NCBI RefSeq assembly: GCF_036321535.1
Contig: NC_087436.1
Coordinates: 31,932,001 to 31,996,000 of the forward strand
Direction of reading: 5' to 3'
DNA: 64,000 nt
Source of the DNA: Camelus dromedarius
Taxonomy: Eukaryota
This document shows, one piece after another, positions 63,740-64,000 of the stretch. Numbering within the stretch: position 1 is the stretch's first letter; every line of letters starts with the position of its first letter. The position numbers were made by a program, and so were the translations under genes. The notes below the pieces were generated by a model. It saw only the letters and a program-made list of their open reading frames with translations. It had not been told where the DNA came from and ran no database searches.

Positions 63740-64000
63740 ACCCCAAAGATGTCTAATTCCTAATCCACAGACCCTGTAAATATGGAATCTTACATGCAAA
63801 AGAGGCTTTGCAGATGTGACTAAGGTACAGATTTTGAGATGGGGAGATAATCCTGTATTATCCAGGTGGCCCAATGTAATCACAAAGGTTCTTATAAGTG
63901 AAAGAGGGAGCAGGAGCGTGAGGGCCAGAGTCAGTCAGAGAGATTAGAATTTACGCTGCTGGCTTTGCGGATAGAGGAAGAGACCACAAGCTAAGGAACA
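63740..64000 (+). mobile_element. MaLR LTR (MLT1D-like), runs off the window end
   Basis: 'ctttgcagatgtgactaagg...ttgagatggggagataatcctgtattatccaggtggcccaatgtaatcacaa'. Confidence 0.85.

Noticed and set aside
1..64000. CRISPR arrays, operons or other prokaryotic systems
   Set aside because: No regularly spaced repeats or gene-dense regions; the repeat content is clearly mammalian

Overview
AT-rich mammalian non-coding DNA (intergenic or deep intronic). The tRNA-derived SINEs and the L1 3' ends look like camelid (camel/alpaca) repeats, which is an inference from recall and not from a search. I can support no intact host protein-coding exon, RNA gene or CRISPR array. Most ORFs in the track are chance frames or decayed transposon frames. 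The window is a mosaic of old repeats (L2, MIR, L3/CR1, L1M, MaLR/MLT1, MER21-like LTR, MER3/MER5-type hAT) and younger lineage-specific SINEs and L1s. The main signal is a full-length 2,324-bp piggyBac-superfamily DNA transposon at 43089-45412 (minus strand). It has TTAA target duplications, 13-bp TIRs starting CAC, a subterminal palindrome and a decayed but end-to-end readable transposase with all three catalytic Asp motifs and the C-terminal Cys-rich domain. Secondary oddities: an L1 made only of a 5' head joined to a 3' tail, an L1 with a swapped 3' end, two interrupted local duplications about 1.1 kb apart, an L2 that keeps its endonuclease region, a templated-insertion repair scar and a compound microsatellite born in a SINE tail. 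Repeat subfamily names and most old-repeat boundaries are approximate, assigned by eye.
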